Shown here piece by piece: positions 40,001 through 52,559 of a stretch of 64,000 nucleotides of DNA (the stretch's first letter is position 1; each line of letters starts with the position of its first letter). The stretch is taken from assembly GCA_963920595.1 (NCBI GenBank), contig OY986950.1:4960001-5024000 (forward strand), given 5' to 3'. A program made the translations under genes and the position numbers. The stretch comes from Eimeria praecox. Its lineage: Eukaryota. The notes below the pieces were generated by a model. The model was not told where the DNA came from. It saw nothing but the letters and a program-made list of their open reading frames with translations, and searched no databases.

Positions 40001-43000
40001 AGTCGTCTCCGACTTTCGCAGATGTGCCCTGTTCAGAACGCTTGAGTCGCTGAAGCATCGAGCATAATGTGGAGATCCGGTGGTACATTAGCTATGTCGG
40101 CAATTCAACCCCAATAAAAGCATTTAGTGGAGTTCTTGTGTTTTACTGCACATATCGTGAATAAAGGCAAGTTCTGGCAAGCTGACAGCACGGGGCCAGG
40201 TGAAGTTATGCGTACTTGCATTTGCTTCCGTAAGCGGCTAAACGCAATATGCACGACTGGACGAGAATGAGCTACACACATAGGCAAGCGTCCGTGTTCT
40301 AGCGTGGTCATTAAATAACTAAGGTTGTCGGCAACGGCAATTTCTAACAATAGACAGTTTGCGCAGTTGCGCGGAGAAGCCCCGCCAGAAAGAGGCCCTC
40401 GTGCACATTCGCTCTTATGCCAGAATTCCGCAAGATGTACCTTTGGTTCCGCCTACGACTGTACTAAGCATTTGAATAAACTATTTGGTGTGGCGGCCTT
40501 CAACAAATCAGTCCACACTGATGAACTCGAAGTGCGACCCTCTGCATGAATTGTGTGGATCAGCGTTTCGGTGACTCCCCAGCCTGCATTCCCGCAAAGG
40601 CTCGGTTCCCATCAGCCTCACCTGGCAGCACTTTGCGAATGCCACTACAACTAAATTAATCCAAATTAAGCTATGCTAGGCTGATGAGAACTCCCTCCGG
40701 GATGCACGTGCAAGCGTCTCAGTATTTGATATATTTTATGGAAAGGGCACAGCAGATTCCGCAATTCTGTGGAAGTATGCTTACTTGGAGTGCCAGCATC
40801 CAGGTCTGGGCATTGTGACTCCACTACCGTGTCGAACTAATCTAAGTACTTACAGTTTATTTCTCTGATGCTATTCGTTGGTTTTTTACGCTTTTCCTCC
40901 ATTTTTATTTATGGTGTTGGCCAACATATGTTCAGCATCTGCGGTTCCCTCATTAGGATGGTGGACAGCGAATGCGGATGGCTGAAAGGACAAATGGGAA
41001 TTGCTGGAGCTGGCAGTGGCATTTTTGACAGACACAGCGAGTTCGTTGAGGGGCATCGAGAGAAACATCCTGAAGCATGCCCATGACGCAAATACCTACT
41101 GGACTGCGCACGATTTTGCAGCACGAGCGTTTCAAATTTCACTTGTCTCTGCAAAGCCAAAGCCGCCTAATCCAGGGCAGTACATGCATACCGATTTCAG
41201 TGGAACCCTACCCTAAGCAACTCCATAGCGAGGCTTGGCCTGAGGCGTCAACGGAAGCGTGCGTTTGGGAGGCTCGCCTCCAGCACTCAACATGGCACGC
41301 TAATCGGATATGCCTGGCCGGGAACATTTAGAAAGTGCGGCGGTTGGATAAATTCCTTCTTTCAAGGCCGTCACCTTTTGAGTGTGACAGTTAATACGCG
41401 CGCATGCCAGAGTGCTAGGGTTGTTTCAATGCCTGGGCGCTACTGAAATTTCTCTGCTTAACTCTTATATCTGCACCTTAGCCCACTGCCTCTGTATCGC
41501 ATGAGGGATTCGGAATGGATACGTCAAGTGTGCTCCCACCAATGCTGCTGTGTCTCAACAAAACAGCAGTATGAGTGCTCCTCGATGTCCTTCATTCGAA
41601 GGACAGAGCATAAGGGCATGCCCCGAAGAGTGCTCTGTGCATTTAATTCATGCGTCGACTCGGCAAATCTACTAATCCAAAAACCGTCAATCATCGAAAA
41701 TCATCGAAGTATTCCCACAGTATTGGTTAAAAAAGGTCTGTGCAGTACAAGAACAAAAGCTGCAGGCAGAACCGCAGGAAGTGCAGGTGGTGACGTGCTC
41801 GTAAGCCAAATGGTTATAGAGCCACATATTGCTGCATTGCTACATAGGTATTGGAATCTTCCACTTCTCTGGCATTCCTTTAAACGAGAAGTGCACAGCA
41901 GTGGGAAGTACGAAGAGGCCGCCTTCCTCGTCCACGCACGCTTTCTCGCCTCTTCTTTACACAGCATTTCCAGCTCTCTCATTCTTATCTCTATAGCGAA
42001 GCTATGCTCGCTGCGGCATGCGCCTCCCCATTTGTATCTACCTTCACGTTGGCTGGGAGAGTGTTCCACATCGCTTGCCGTGACTAACGCAATTCCTTCT
42101 AGACAGTGGACTTTAGGTTTGCCATGTTTCTCAACTCGCAAGATTCTGCTGAAGGGAAGTACTGTACCGAGCGCATGACTGTTGTGCTCCTCACACATAA
42201 AGTAAGTACGTCTCCTGTTCTTGTCGTGTTGTGTATGCCTACACTTTGGCCGTAATCACGGCTCACGAGCACAGCGGCACAACCAACGACGCATTCAAAA
42301 AGAGTATAGGGTAAACGAAAATGTATAATGCTACGATTCCGTGGCAGTTTAGTGATGCAGCAATATGCACCGTTTTATAGTGTTTAAACCTAGGGAAACG
42401 GCCAGATTTGGTGGAGCATTTTGGCCCCCATGTTCCTACCGAAGATCCCAACGCGTGCATAACTTCCCGTTTTGCAAGTTTTCGCAAACCCTGATATGTG
42501 AACCCATCCATGCATTTTAGGCAGTTGCTTTCCTCACAGTTGTAGGTCTTGTAGTTTTACGTACGGCGGTGCCACACACAAAGGTCAGGCAGCTCCACGA
42601 AGGCTTACCTGGAATGGACGGAAATGCCTTCACGGGCAGCAACTGCAGCTCAAGGGGGAAATGCCCTCTTCTAGACGTGAACGGATCCAACTGCGTCCTT
42701 CGTGCAATGGCAGCTGGCCTGGAGAAACCGCAGTTATCTGCCCTCGAATTAGGCACTCAGTTTATAGGGGCCGCTGAGCATAGGTAAGGACGGTATAGGG
42801 CTCTGTGGAGGCGCGCAATTGATGCACATTGGCTGAATAACTAAAAACGCCATAGGAACTGCCATGGAGTGCGGGGCATCATGCTGTCAATCAAACTGCC
42901 TGCAGGTGAGAACGAGCCAAAACACCGTCGTCATTGCATCCCCTTAGAGGCTCAGATTTCGCCCCGCATGATCACCTGTATGGCATTAGGTAACGAGCGA

Positions 43001-45484
43001 CCGGCTGAGAATGAAAATTCTAACGAGCAACTGGAGCTGAAGTTTAGGTAGCACTAAGTGCCTCCATAACCAGGAAGGGGTAAGTTATGCCCCGGCCACG
43101 AACGGCGCTTCTACGCCTATTCAAATTGAGGCCGCTTATGTCGGTGCTTGAACTCCCAGAGACAGAACATATATAGATGGCAAGTAACCTGAGAGCCCAG
43201 AGACACCGCTCAATCGGCTGCCAGCATTTGCAGTGAGAGTCCTTTATCTTAGGCTAGGGCCGTCGCGAACACCAGTAGAGCCAACGACTTAACAAAAGAG
43301 TTCGCAAAAAACCGCTGCCTTCTCCTCTTGACTCTAGGCGCTCTCATCGCACCTGGCCCCAGGCGTGAGCTGGTGAGGACACGGGCAGGTCTGTCGTGCA
43401 CTGAAACTAACCTTGCTGCTGATAGCGCTGCAAGGCAGTCTCAAGTGCTCACACAGCCGATGCGCCTTTCCTGCATGCGCTAGCATTGTCATTGTTGACA
43501 GTGGTGTACACTGTCTTTAAACATTTATACGGTTATTAAGCCCGCGAGCAAGCATGGGTACGAGTGCCATTAGCATGCAAAACATGCTACATCTTGCCCG
43601 CCCCCCGCCCCCTCGCTTCTCCACCAAGCGGGGCACGTCCTTTTGTGCGTGGTCGTCCGTGACACCTAAAAAGGCACAGAAGAGGAACAGCAACAAGGAT
43701 AAGGGTTGGCCTGAATCCCAGAAGGTGTCGCTGCACTATGGTGCTGCCGCTGCTAAACAGCTGCTCGCGCTAGCCGAATCGCGCACTGGCGTGGCATCAA
43801 GGGCATGGGTCAAGTGCGGCACTGCTCAACATTTACACAAGTTGGGACTCGCTTTTAATGCGGGTATTCCAACAAAGCCAGAGCGCCGCATCCGTGTATG
43901 AACGGGGCCGGTCAGCCCTCAAAGCAGAGGGGCCCAACTTCAAAATACAGAAAAAAAACGCGTATTCGGGGATGCCAGTAGGTTAAGCGTATATCGCATG
44001 GTGTAGGCTATCAAGAAGTGACGACCAGCGGGTGATTACACGCCGTCCTTTAGGGAGATTGGAATCCGAATACGAATGCGACAGTATTTTTTGATATTTT
44101 AAGGCCACCGTAAGGGTATTACAGTGAGGGTGAGCATATACAGCGAGAGTGCAGCTGAGCATATGCATACATGCCCAGCTGCACTCGCGCGATATATACT
44201 CACATAGCACCGAATAGTAGTGGCAGCGTAACCCGTTGTTCATTACACTCACGCTATGCAAGGTCAACTAAATGTTTACAAGCAGCCTACGTTACGGTCT
44301 GCATTGCCAGCTCATGCAAAGGGCTATGCGTATATGTGGGGCTGCTGCCTTGCAGCCCTTGCTCTCATAGTCTGCATTGCAACCCATGATAGGTCATCCC
44401 GTGGCTTCATCAGCTTAACCCCTTGGGAAGCTGCGCGCAGGCCACCTGGAGTGTGGAGGGGACAGCAGCTGCTTACTGGCAATTTTTTCTCTAAGACTTC
44501 GATTCTATTGCAGCTAATGACGGCCCAGTGGTGAGATCGAGAGCCCTTGCTAGCAGCTAACCTGCCACATTCCAGGAAAAAGCCAATTACGATTTCTGGA
44601 GACCAACAAATGGGGGAAGGAGGTTACATCTGTGGATGACTGCACCTTGCCGGCATGGCAGTTTGTGCATGACTGAAGCGCGCCTTGCTCCCTTACTTTT
44701 GCACTACAAAGTGCATGGCCTTTAGCCGATAGACCACTGCTAATCAGTGGCATGGGCATCGATGGCGCTCCTCAGCTAACTTCGTTAAGATAGTTGCACA
44801 AGCGGTGTGGATGCCCACACGTGAGCTCGTGGACCACTTCGTGGCCAACCTGTCACTCGAGCGGCGCAGGACGCTAAAGAGGGGCGCCACTGTCGGCTTG
44901 AAGGACTGAAGAGACGCATCCGCCGAACGGGCAGCAGTGGAAGGATCGTGAGAAGCAGCAGAGGTAGTGCTGACGAGGCAGAGAAGTAGGTAGAAGCTCA
45001 GTGTTGCCGGCGAGCCAACGAGGGCATACCGGCACCCTGCACACGGTGTAAGAAAAAAACATCTTTCAAGAAGCGATAAAGACCGCAAGGGGAATTTTGA
45101 TTGCGAGCGTAATGTGCACCTAGGGAAACTTTCCCTTACGCAACGCGAACGTTCGCAGGCCAGGCTAAACGTGCATGCAGCTTGGAAGTGAAAACCACTA
45201 AGCTCGAGGTTGTGCCTCACCCCCAAGCCAAGGCAAAGACACTTACGGTGGGTACGGAGTTCTGCCAGGCCGCATAAGGAAGGATAACTGTAAGAGCGTT
45301 CAATTAGTCAAACCTAGAATGGCCGATGTGCTAAGTAGCAACGGGGCCAAATATAACTGAAGTCTCCAGCAGCAACGGGGAGTAGAGCCTTCTGCAGCTA
45401 GGGGAAGGGGAAGCTCAGTCTGCGCGTGCTACTGGATTAACGAGCACGCGTATTGGGAAAAGAACCCACATGTTTAATAGGGGA

Positions 45485-45703
45485 ACAAGCAGCGGCAAAT
45501 TTAGCCGCAGCAATCCCAGCCGCAGCCGCAGCATCAACACCAACGGCAGTAGACGCTGCAGCGACCAGCGCAGAAGCAGCAGAGAGCAGCAACTGCAGGC
45601 CCAGTAACAACGGGTTCAACAATAGCAAACACACAAAAAAGCACGCCAGCAGCCGAAGCAGCGCAAAAAAGCGTAGTAGAGGCAAAAAAAAGTGGCAACA
45701 AGC
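45485..45703. repeat. Degenerate CAG/GCA low-complexity tract
   Basis: T-poor stretch with many GCAGCA/GCCGCA/CAGCAG units. It translates as poly-Ala/Ser on + and poly-Leu/Ala on -, like eroded coccidian CAG repeats. Confidence 0.7.
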
Positions 45704-46492
45704 ATGGCCCCATGCCAAGCTGCACATAGTGAGGTCCCCCATTCCTGGCTGAGGACTGTTGCATCAAGAAGTTACAAAATTGTTCCCCCAAAGCACCTGC
45801 ACCGTCCCCCAAGCGTCCTACACATATTGGCCAAAGGATACGGAGCTGCTGCGGTGAGGGGCACGCTGGTGCTGAGCTGCAGGGCAGCTTGCTGCAGCTA
45901 GTGCTGCAAGACCGGCCCCCTATAAGCAAAGCCAATATCCCCCTTCTGCATGTAATAACATTTCTGATTGCAGTGTTGGCAGTTGTCAAACACCTGCCTA
46001 GCGCTCCAATGCCGGCATGCGAGCAACAATGTTCCACAACTCCCGCTACAGGGTAACCCCGGATGCAGGTGTAGCCACGCTCCCTTTATTGCACGCACTA
46101 GCACTGCAGAAATTTGTTAAGTGCATACTTGGCCGTCAATTGGTAGCCTATGCGCACGAGCAAATACATGCTCTGACTCTAGACATCAGACCATCATCCA
46201 CAAATGCTCCGTTCGACGCTCTGCTGGGACGCCAAAGCTTGCCTGGTCGCAATTACCTACGCATATTAAGTTGCCAACATGAATAGTTCGGGAATAAACA
46301 TGGGGTAAGCAACGCAAGAAGTGTTCTTACCTGCGTCCACAGATCCTTAGTGGACAACCGCAGCCCCGACAACCTAGCGCAGCAGCTCAGCGTTGAGCCA
46401 TAGACGGCATCCCAGATCTTGGAATGTAATGTAATATAATTCGCCGCTTTCGATGAAGAGGAAATAGAATAAATGATTGATTTTCATTGAAA

Positions 46493-46813
46493 ATGTTTCG
46501 TTTGTGGTCACTTGCCATCGCTTCCCGGGCGCTGGTTTTGGCGACGGCCGACGGTCCGCCAGTCTTGAACTCTCCGCCTTCTGGCTCTGAAGCCATTCGA
46601 GGACACGATGAGCTTATTACGCACAGTCAGACTTTCGGAAAGGTGCGGAGAGGCACTGGAATGCCTCTTGTGATGGTATCTGTTGTGGCCGTTGCTGCCG
46701 CCTTGATGTTCTTGCTCATCCGCTGCTTTAAGGCCTTCGCCTCCAATAAAGTTTCAAAAAGCTACAAATTTGCAGCAAGAAAACTCTCTGAAAAAGCAGA
46801 CCCTTCTTGCTTT
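46493..46813 (+). CDS. Probable first exon (107 codons; unspliced ORF ends 46864) of a secreted or single-pass membrane protein resembling Eimeria-specific hypothetical family proteins
   Basis: ATG in AAAATG context after an AT-rich leader. Signal-like N-terminus MFRLWSLAIASRALVLATA, hydrophobic segment LVMVSVVAVAAALMFLLIRC, then AARKLSEKADPSC and an in-phase GTAAG donor at 46814. The family resemblance is from recall of the architecture, not from a search. Confidence 0.6.
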
Positions 46814-49800
46814 GTAAGGTTCCCACTTTACACTACACAAGGCGCAGCGGTGCGAAGAGTGTGAACTAGCCCAGCCATCATTGACTCTACTGGTTCAGCG
46901 ACGTTTGTTGCAAATAGATGAGGTAGTGGCGTTTACGGCGAAACGATGAGGCGTTGCAGACGCTTCCAGGGTGACTGGAGGCATTCGAGTTAGGAACTGG
47001 AAGCTCATTCACTCGTGAGAAGGCCAAGCTAGAGGGAAAAGTGAAGGCTGTATACAACGGGCCAACGGGGGAGGTGTTTCTAATTCATTTTTCAAAAGGA
47101 ACGCAGTGGCCTTCTTAGGCACGTAAAAGTGCCACACTAGGCACTTGCTAATGTGTAGGATGGTACGATCGGTGTCTACTTCGGAGCAGTGCCGTGGTAC
47201 ACTGGGCTACAAAAGCATTTGTAGTTGGGAATGGGATCCCAGGTTCAGGCGCTGGGGCCCGACTCAGGTTTCTCCTTTCAGCGAAATAAAATGCCTTTTC
47301 TGCTTTCCTGAGTTGATGGTGTTCATCGTGCGCGGATGCGCATCATCTACGCGCCCCAGCGACAGGCTGCTCTAACTGCCTAAACACTTCCGAAAGCTAG
47401 TTATCACGTAAGACCAAGTGGGGTAACTTAGTAAATACCATGAAGGCGCTGCATATCTGGCAGGTGAAGGTATATGGTTTAGATATATAAGGGTGCACGC
47501 TCAGTGTGGAATTCGTTCGTACACCCAAATTCGCGTACAAATTGAAATTGCATACGAAGTGCGGCTGTGCGGTTTGATAATGCATACGTTTTGTGAGATA
47601 TACGGAACAAATACAACCGCCGTTATGACGACTCAGCATTTATATGATGCTAGAGGTACCCGGCGGTTCTGCGCCTGTTCTGCATTGGTGGGCAAGCATG
47701 CACTGCATTAAGTGGAACGAAAAGCTACAGAGGTAGTTTAACAGCAGTAGCATTAACATGGTTGCCTTCCGTATTTAGGAATTTCTACAAACAGAAGGGG
47801 AAGCACTTATCTGCTCGTAGCGGCATCTGCTTGCCTGGTGGGGATCAAAAGGGGATACTTATTTTGAGTAACGAAGCTCTGTAGAAGCAGATACAATGCT
47901 TCTAAGTGCTTGCTGCTTCGACTATGTATGCACACAGGATCAAGCCTCTTCGTTTAATCGGGCTCGCTCTGCGCTGGGTATCTTGCCACTTTACAATATT
48001 CGGATCGATCATTGATAACTTTGGTAATACCCCTCTACACGCTCAATTTTCTGTGCAGCGTGTGCCTGGACTGGAGTGGGGGTTGCGCTGCGAAGGCAGA
48101 AATGCGGGGCATGGATGTGCCAGTGGAATATACAACTTGTGTGCAGACTGTACAACTTGTTTGTAGCAGAAGCATGCCTCAAAGCACTTGGGTTATGTGG
48201 TTGTTCGTAAAGAATTGTGGCATCCACAGCATGGACAAGCTTATATGGGGCATTGACAATGATGCTTGTAGAGTTATGGAGATTGCATGGACTGCGCTGA
48301 AGGCGCCCAAGTGGAGAAAAGTACACATTCAGTGTACTGGCAGCAATCAGGCAGCACAGTAACGGCAGGCGCGGCGACGATTTTGGCGGAGTGCTCCAAT
48401 ATTCATACGCATATAAGCGTTTATTGGTAAGCGTGCGTGCAGCTCTCCATCTCTACAGGCTTGAAGAGGCCTCACCAGCCTTCAAATGGGCAGCGCACTA
48501 ATTTGCTTCGCCTGTAGCATCGTCTGTAACGCAGCCGGTAAGTTGATGCACCCGCTGCACGAACTTTGCGCACGCTCATTGGTGGTGCGTTATGTTTGCG
48601 TGGGTTTTATCTGTCTGCTAAATCTGCGTTTAATCGCCAAATTGTGGGAGCGCAGCAAGACCACAGTTTGCATCGGGATTCTGCGGAACACGCATCGCCG
48701 CACATTCGTTAGATTGCATTGCCCGTGTTTCAAGATTGATTTGTTACAGTTGTTAAGGGCAGAACCCCAAAATCACAATGGCCGACAGTCCTGCCAGCGA
48801 ACGCGGAAAGCAAGGCTCAGCGGGCAGTGGACAGCAAACCCCAGCTGGAACAGCCCACGAGGGGCCTATCTCCCTGGGGGAGAATATTTTGGCACATAAG
48901 TGCTGGCAAAAACCACACGCTGACTGACAATGACCAGTATCTAGGGGTCAGCATCAACAACGCAACACAAACGAAAACTCTTCATCCCTACGATGGAGAT
49001 ACAGATGGGCAACAACCGCGGGACCCCTCTGGCACCCTGAGCACATGGAAGTTTTAGTCGTTTGTATTCATGCGAATTCAGGCATCCTCGGCTCTCTCCA
49101 AACACCTTCCCATATTTTCTTTGCAGTGCTTGTTTGCCTTCTGCCCCACCTCAGCAGCTAGCTTCATGCGAAATATATCATGCATTGTGAGCTCAAATCC
49201 TAGCGAATGAGGCTTATGGACTAAAATCTACCCGGCAGGCAGATGCTGCAGTTGTGCCAGCTTTGTGCTTGTTAAAGCGTGGTGTCTTATGTTTGTGTAC
49301 GCTTCAAGTGCCTGCTAAATGTGCGACGAGGCTCCAAACTTAACGCATGCGGCAGGACTAGACTTTGCCTTAGATTTTTGGCTAAGAGCAGTGCGGAGTG
49401 GCAGCTTCTGCCATGCTGTAGCCATTTTGAGTTCTAGATGTTGCATTTTAGTTGTCCGCATCGGATAAAGAAGCAAGCCCTCAAGAGGAGCTGGGAGTGC
49501 TGCGGATCGAGAGCTCTGAGCGGGATCGCATCCACGGGATTCTTCGCCGATATTCGCTTTGAGAGAATGTGCATATGGTGCAAGGAGCTCTTCTGTTTGG
49601 GTGCGTGGCACTGCCTTGCAGGTACATTATCCAGTTGGGGTAGTGGGCTTGTCTGGCTTTTCGTTTCGTTTTATCAGTGAACATGAAGTCGAAGGTAGGG
49701 GAGTGCAGATGCGGCAGCCAGCTCTCCTCCCACTGAATAGTAACGCAGCGGGCGATGGGGCCATTTCGCACATGGAATGGCAGCAGCGCAGCAGGGAACC

Positions 49801-50869
49801 CCACTCAGCTGTCATGTTTCGCCAAACGTGCTTTGCACACGTAGTGTAGGCTGCAGGAGGAAAGCCATCAGTACACCCGAGTTGCTGCATGGAAGCTGCA
49901 GCGGGACTCTTAGGTGCTTTAATACGATGAATATATTGGCAGAACACCATATACATGCTTCGGTGGAAAGGGGCACAACAACGCAACAGGCTTCATTTGT
50001 GAAACGGCCTTACGGAAAATTGCCCTGCACCTACTCCGACGCTGCCTGCCCCGCACCGTTACTAGCAACTGCAATGAGGCAACCCGTGGGTCCTCGATCT
50101 ATCTTACGCTTCCGCAGAAATCATCACTGCAGTTTATAAATTGGCTGCTGAGCCTTGGCGTCTCAGCCTAGAGCTCTCCACGCTATTGGACCGCATTACA
50201 TTGACGGTTTAGCACTGCTATTCGTGCTCTTAAAACTTTGCAACTCACGTCTGTTAGGAAAATCAGTTTTATTAGCTGGTCTGAGGAGTTTTGCGACGGA
50301 CAACATGCGGCGGCCAGAATCAGCGCAAATGCCGCCATTGTATGCCCACTAGGCTTAATTGCGTCAACCTCTCTGTTCATTCCGTGGTGCAAAAAGCGCG
50401 AGGATTGTTGGGAGTGTGTGAAGCTGACGCAGATTGAAGAGGAGAGGCGCTGATCGCCATTACCAATTCGTGCATAATGTAGAGGATCAAGCGTGGGCTG
50501 TTAAACATTGAGTGTTACCGCTGCAGTGGTACTCTGCGCATCTCGCTATTGCATTGGAGGAGCTCGTTGTTGAGCGTTTGTAGAGTGCTGTGGATCTGGC
50601 CATGCAGAGTCAGTGATTATGCGTCGACGTTCCGGGGTACCTGCATGGAGATGGTAGCACGTGCTAGGTCTCCTTGTTCGGAACACCCATATTACTCAGC
50701 TGTTCTGCAAACCTCGGTGCCGGCGGGTGCATATGGCGACCAGGATCAACTCACAAGCGTAAAACGCAAGAAGCGTGTATAAAACATCTCAATTGGGCTG
50801 TTAACTGCGTGCTGCAGGGAATGAGCGTAAGTGTGGAACTATGAGGCACTGACAGAGGTTGAAGCATAG

Positions 50870-51705
50870 AAGCGGTGATCACCACCACTGATTTGTGCAT
50901 CAGATGAACAGTCTCAAGTCTGGGTTGTCAAGAACTGAGTTCTCTCGCTGCATTGGCCCTCTGGGAAGTTCGCCGCTGGATTGGAGAAGGTGGCTTTGAA
51001 CGTCTGCATCGTACTGTGGAGCTCTCCAGGCAAAATGAGTGATTATATTTTGATATTTTGGGCTGTATGCACGGGCACGCTGTGGCCTGCTAGACACGTA
51101 CGGTCAGACTAGTGACGGTAGTGGCTGCTCTGTGAAAGCACTGCCGAGGCATGACTACCAGGAGCAGCACAACGGGCATTAGCCCAACCACAGCGCGCAG
51201 CCTGTGCTGAGCGGCCCATTTGGCGGTGTGGGCAGTTCGCGGGTAGTTGGAACTGTGCCGTATTGGGGGCCTTTGGAGCACAAACGCGCTGATCACTACC
51301 ACAGCTTCGTTCTTTTAATCGAGTATGCCCATCGCACAGCTGTACGCCAAATCACCAGAAGCCATAGGAAGTTTCCAGGTGTGGTTTTCTCGGCTTGCAC
51401 GGTTCTTCGGAACAATTTAAATCTTTGCGGGAATGGCTGATTGCTTAGCATTCGCGCAGACGTCTCGAGCTCGCAAAGCACGATCCGCCTTTGGACAACC
51501 CAGTTCTGCCTGCCTGTACCCGCGTCAGGAGGCCCGCTGGCTTGCTATACTCGAAATATGCCTTTTATTCTTCGGTCTGCGGAAGGATGCGCTAGAATCC
51601 AGGCGCTGACCAATATACGACAACAGGACAGGGAACGTCTGCATGATGGCGTGTATTCGGCGGCTCCGTTTGCGGTGCAAGATGTGGGTAGATATAGAGC
51701 GGGAT
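50870..51705. repeat. Decayed relic satellite monomers at the left edge of the array
   Basis: 51231-51304 aligns without gaps to D segment 52795-52868 (about 48/74 identities by hand, mostly transitions). Other collinear anchors: CTGCATTGG at 50948, GGCC..TAGACA at about 51084, AGGAGCAGCA at about 51160, TGCATGATGGC at about 51640. Confidence 0.8.
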
Positions 51706-52559
51706 TGTGAGAGGCTGGGAGTCATGGGACGGTAGAGGCGTAGACGAGACGCGACGGGCTGCTCACCATGGGGCTTGCGTACCTAGAATCGATGCACTGC
51801 CTCCATCACATATTCGCTCATATGATGGACTGTGTGTATCAACCATTCGCGAAGGAGATCAACTCTCTCCATCACGCATTTGTCCTGCACATTGGAAGTC
51901 TCGGATGTGTGCTGGCAAACGCTATTTCCTGTCTGCATTGGGCTTCTGAGCAGTATGCCTCATCCCATTACAGGTTTCGTTTTCGAGCATTCGTGTTGTG
52001 GAATAGCTTTGCTCAGGCAGGGTAGCTCATTAAGGTTCGACGTTTGTGGCTGTCTGTATGCGCTCGGGAAGGCCGCCGGGACAGGCGTTCTTGGATTATC
52101 GTCAGTGCTGTCTGGTGTGTGGTAGTGGCTGCGGGCCTATTTGTGGGGGGGACGAGGACGAGCACGGATGCCAAAGAGGGAAGAAGCTTGTGCATGATGG
52201 CTTGTGTTGGGCGGTTCCGTTTGCGGTGCAGGAGGTGGGTGGATATAGAGGGGGCTTGTGGGAGGCTGGGAGTCATGGGACGGTAGAGGCGTAGACGAGA
52301 CGCGACGGGCTGCTCACCATCGTGCTTGCGTACCTAGAATCGATGCACTGCCTCCATCACATATTCGAGCATATGATGGACTGTGTGTATCACCCACTCG
52401 TGAAGGAGATCAACTCTCTCCATCACGCATTTGTCCTGAACATTGGAGGTCTCGGATGTGTGCTGGCAAAAGCTATTTCCTATTTCCTGTCTGCATTGGG
52501 CTTCTGAGCAGCATGCCTCATCCCATTACAGGTTTCGTTTTTGAGGATTCGTGTTGTGG

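Noticed and set aside
41501..42178. Longest ORF (225 aa) as a gene
   Set aside because: Random-like composition with no motif, and an overlapping opposite-strand ORF. Not supportable without a search.
42569..42787. Eimeria SAG-like fragment (CPLLDVN...RAMAAGLE)
   Set aside because: The resemblance to the SAG N-x-x-R-x-x-x-G-L motif has the wrong spacing, and there is no signal peptide or GPI-anchor exon nearby.
44744..45226. Minus-strand ORF with the hydrophobic patch TLSFYLLLCLVS as a second membrane-protein gene
   Set aside because: It has a non-ATG start, the hydrophobic stretch is short and internal, and there is no supporting motif or splice pattern.
48827..49057. LHPYDGDTDGQ as a retrotransposon integrase (HPQTDGQ) remnant
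   Set aside because: The spacing is wrong, and no RT, RNase H or integrase context or LTRs were seen.
52021..52045. GGTAGCTCATTAAGGTTCGA as Pol III A/B boxes (tRNA, SINE or 5S array)
   Set aside because: The two box-like words abut with no spacing, the B box lacks its conserved end, and there is no cloverleaf or 5S sequence.
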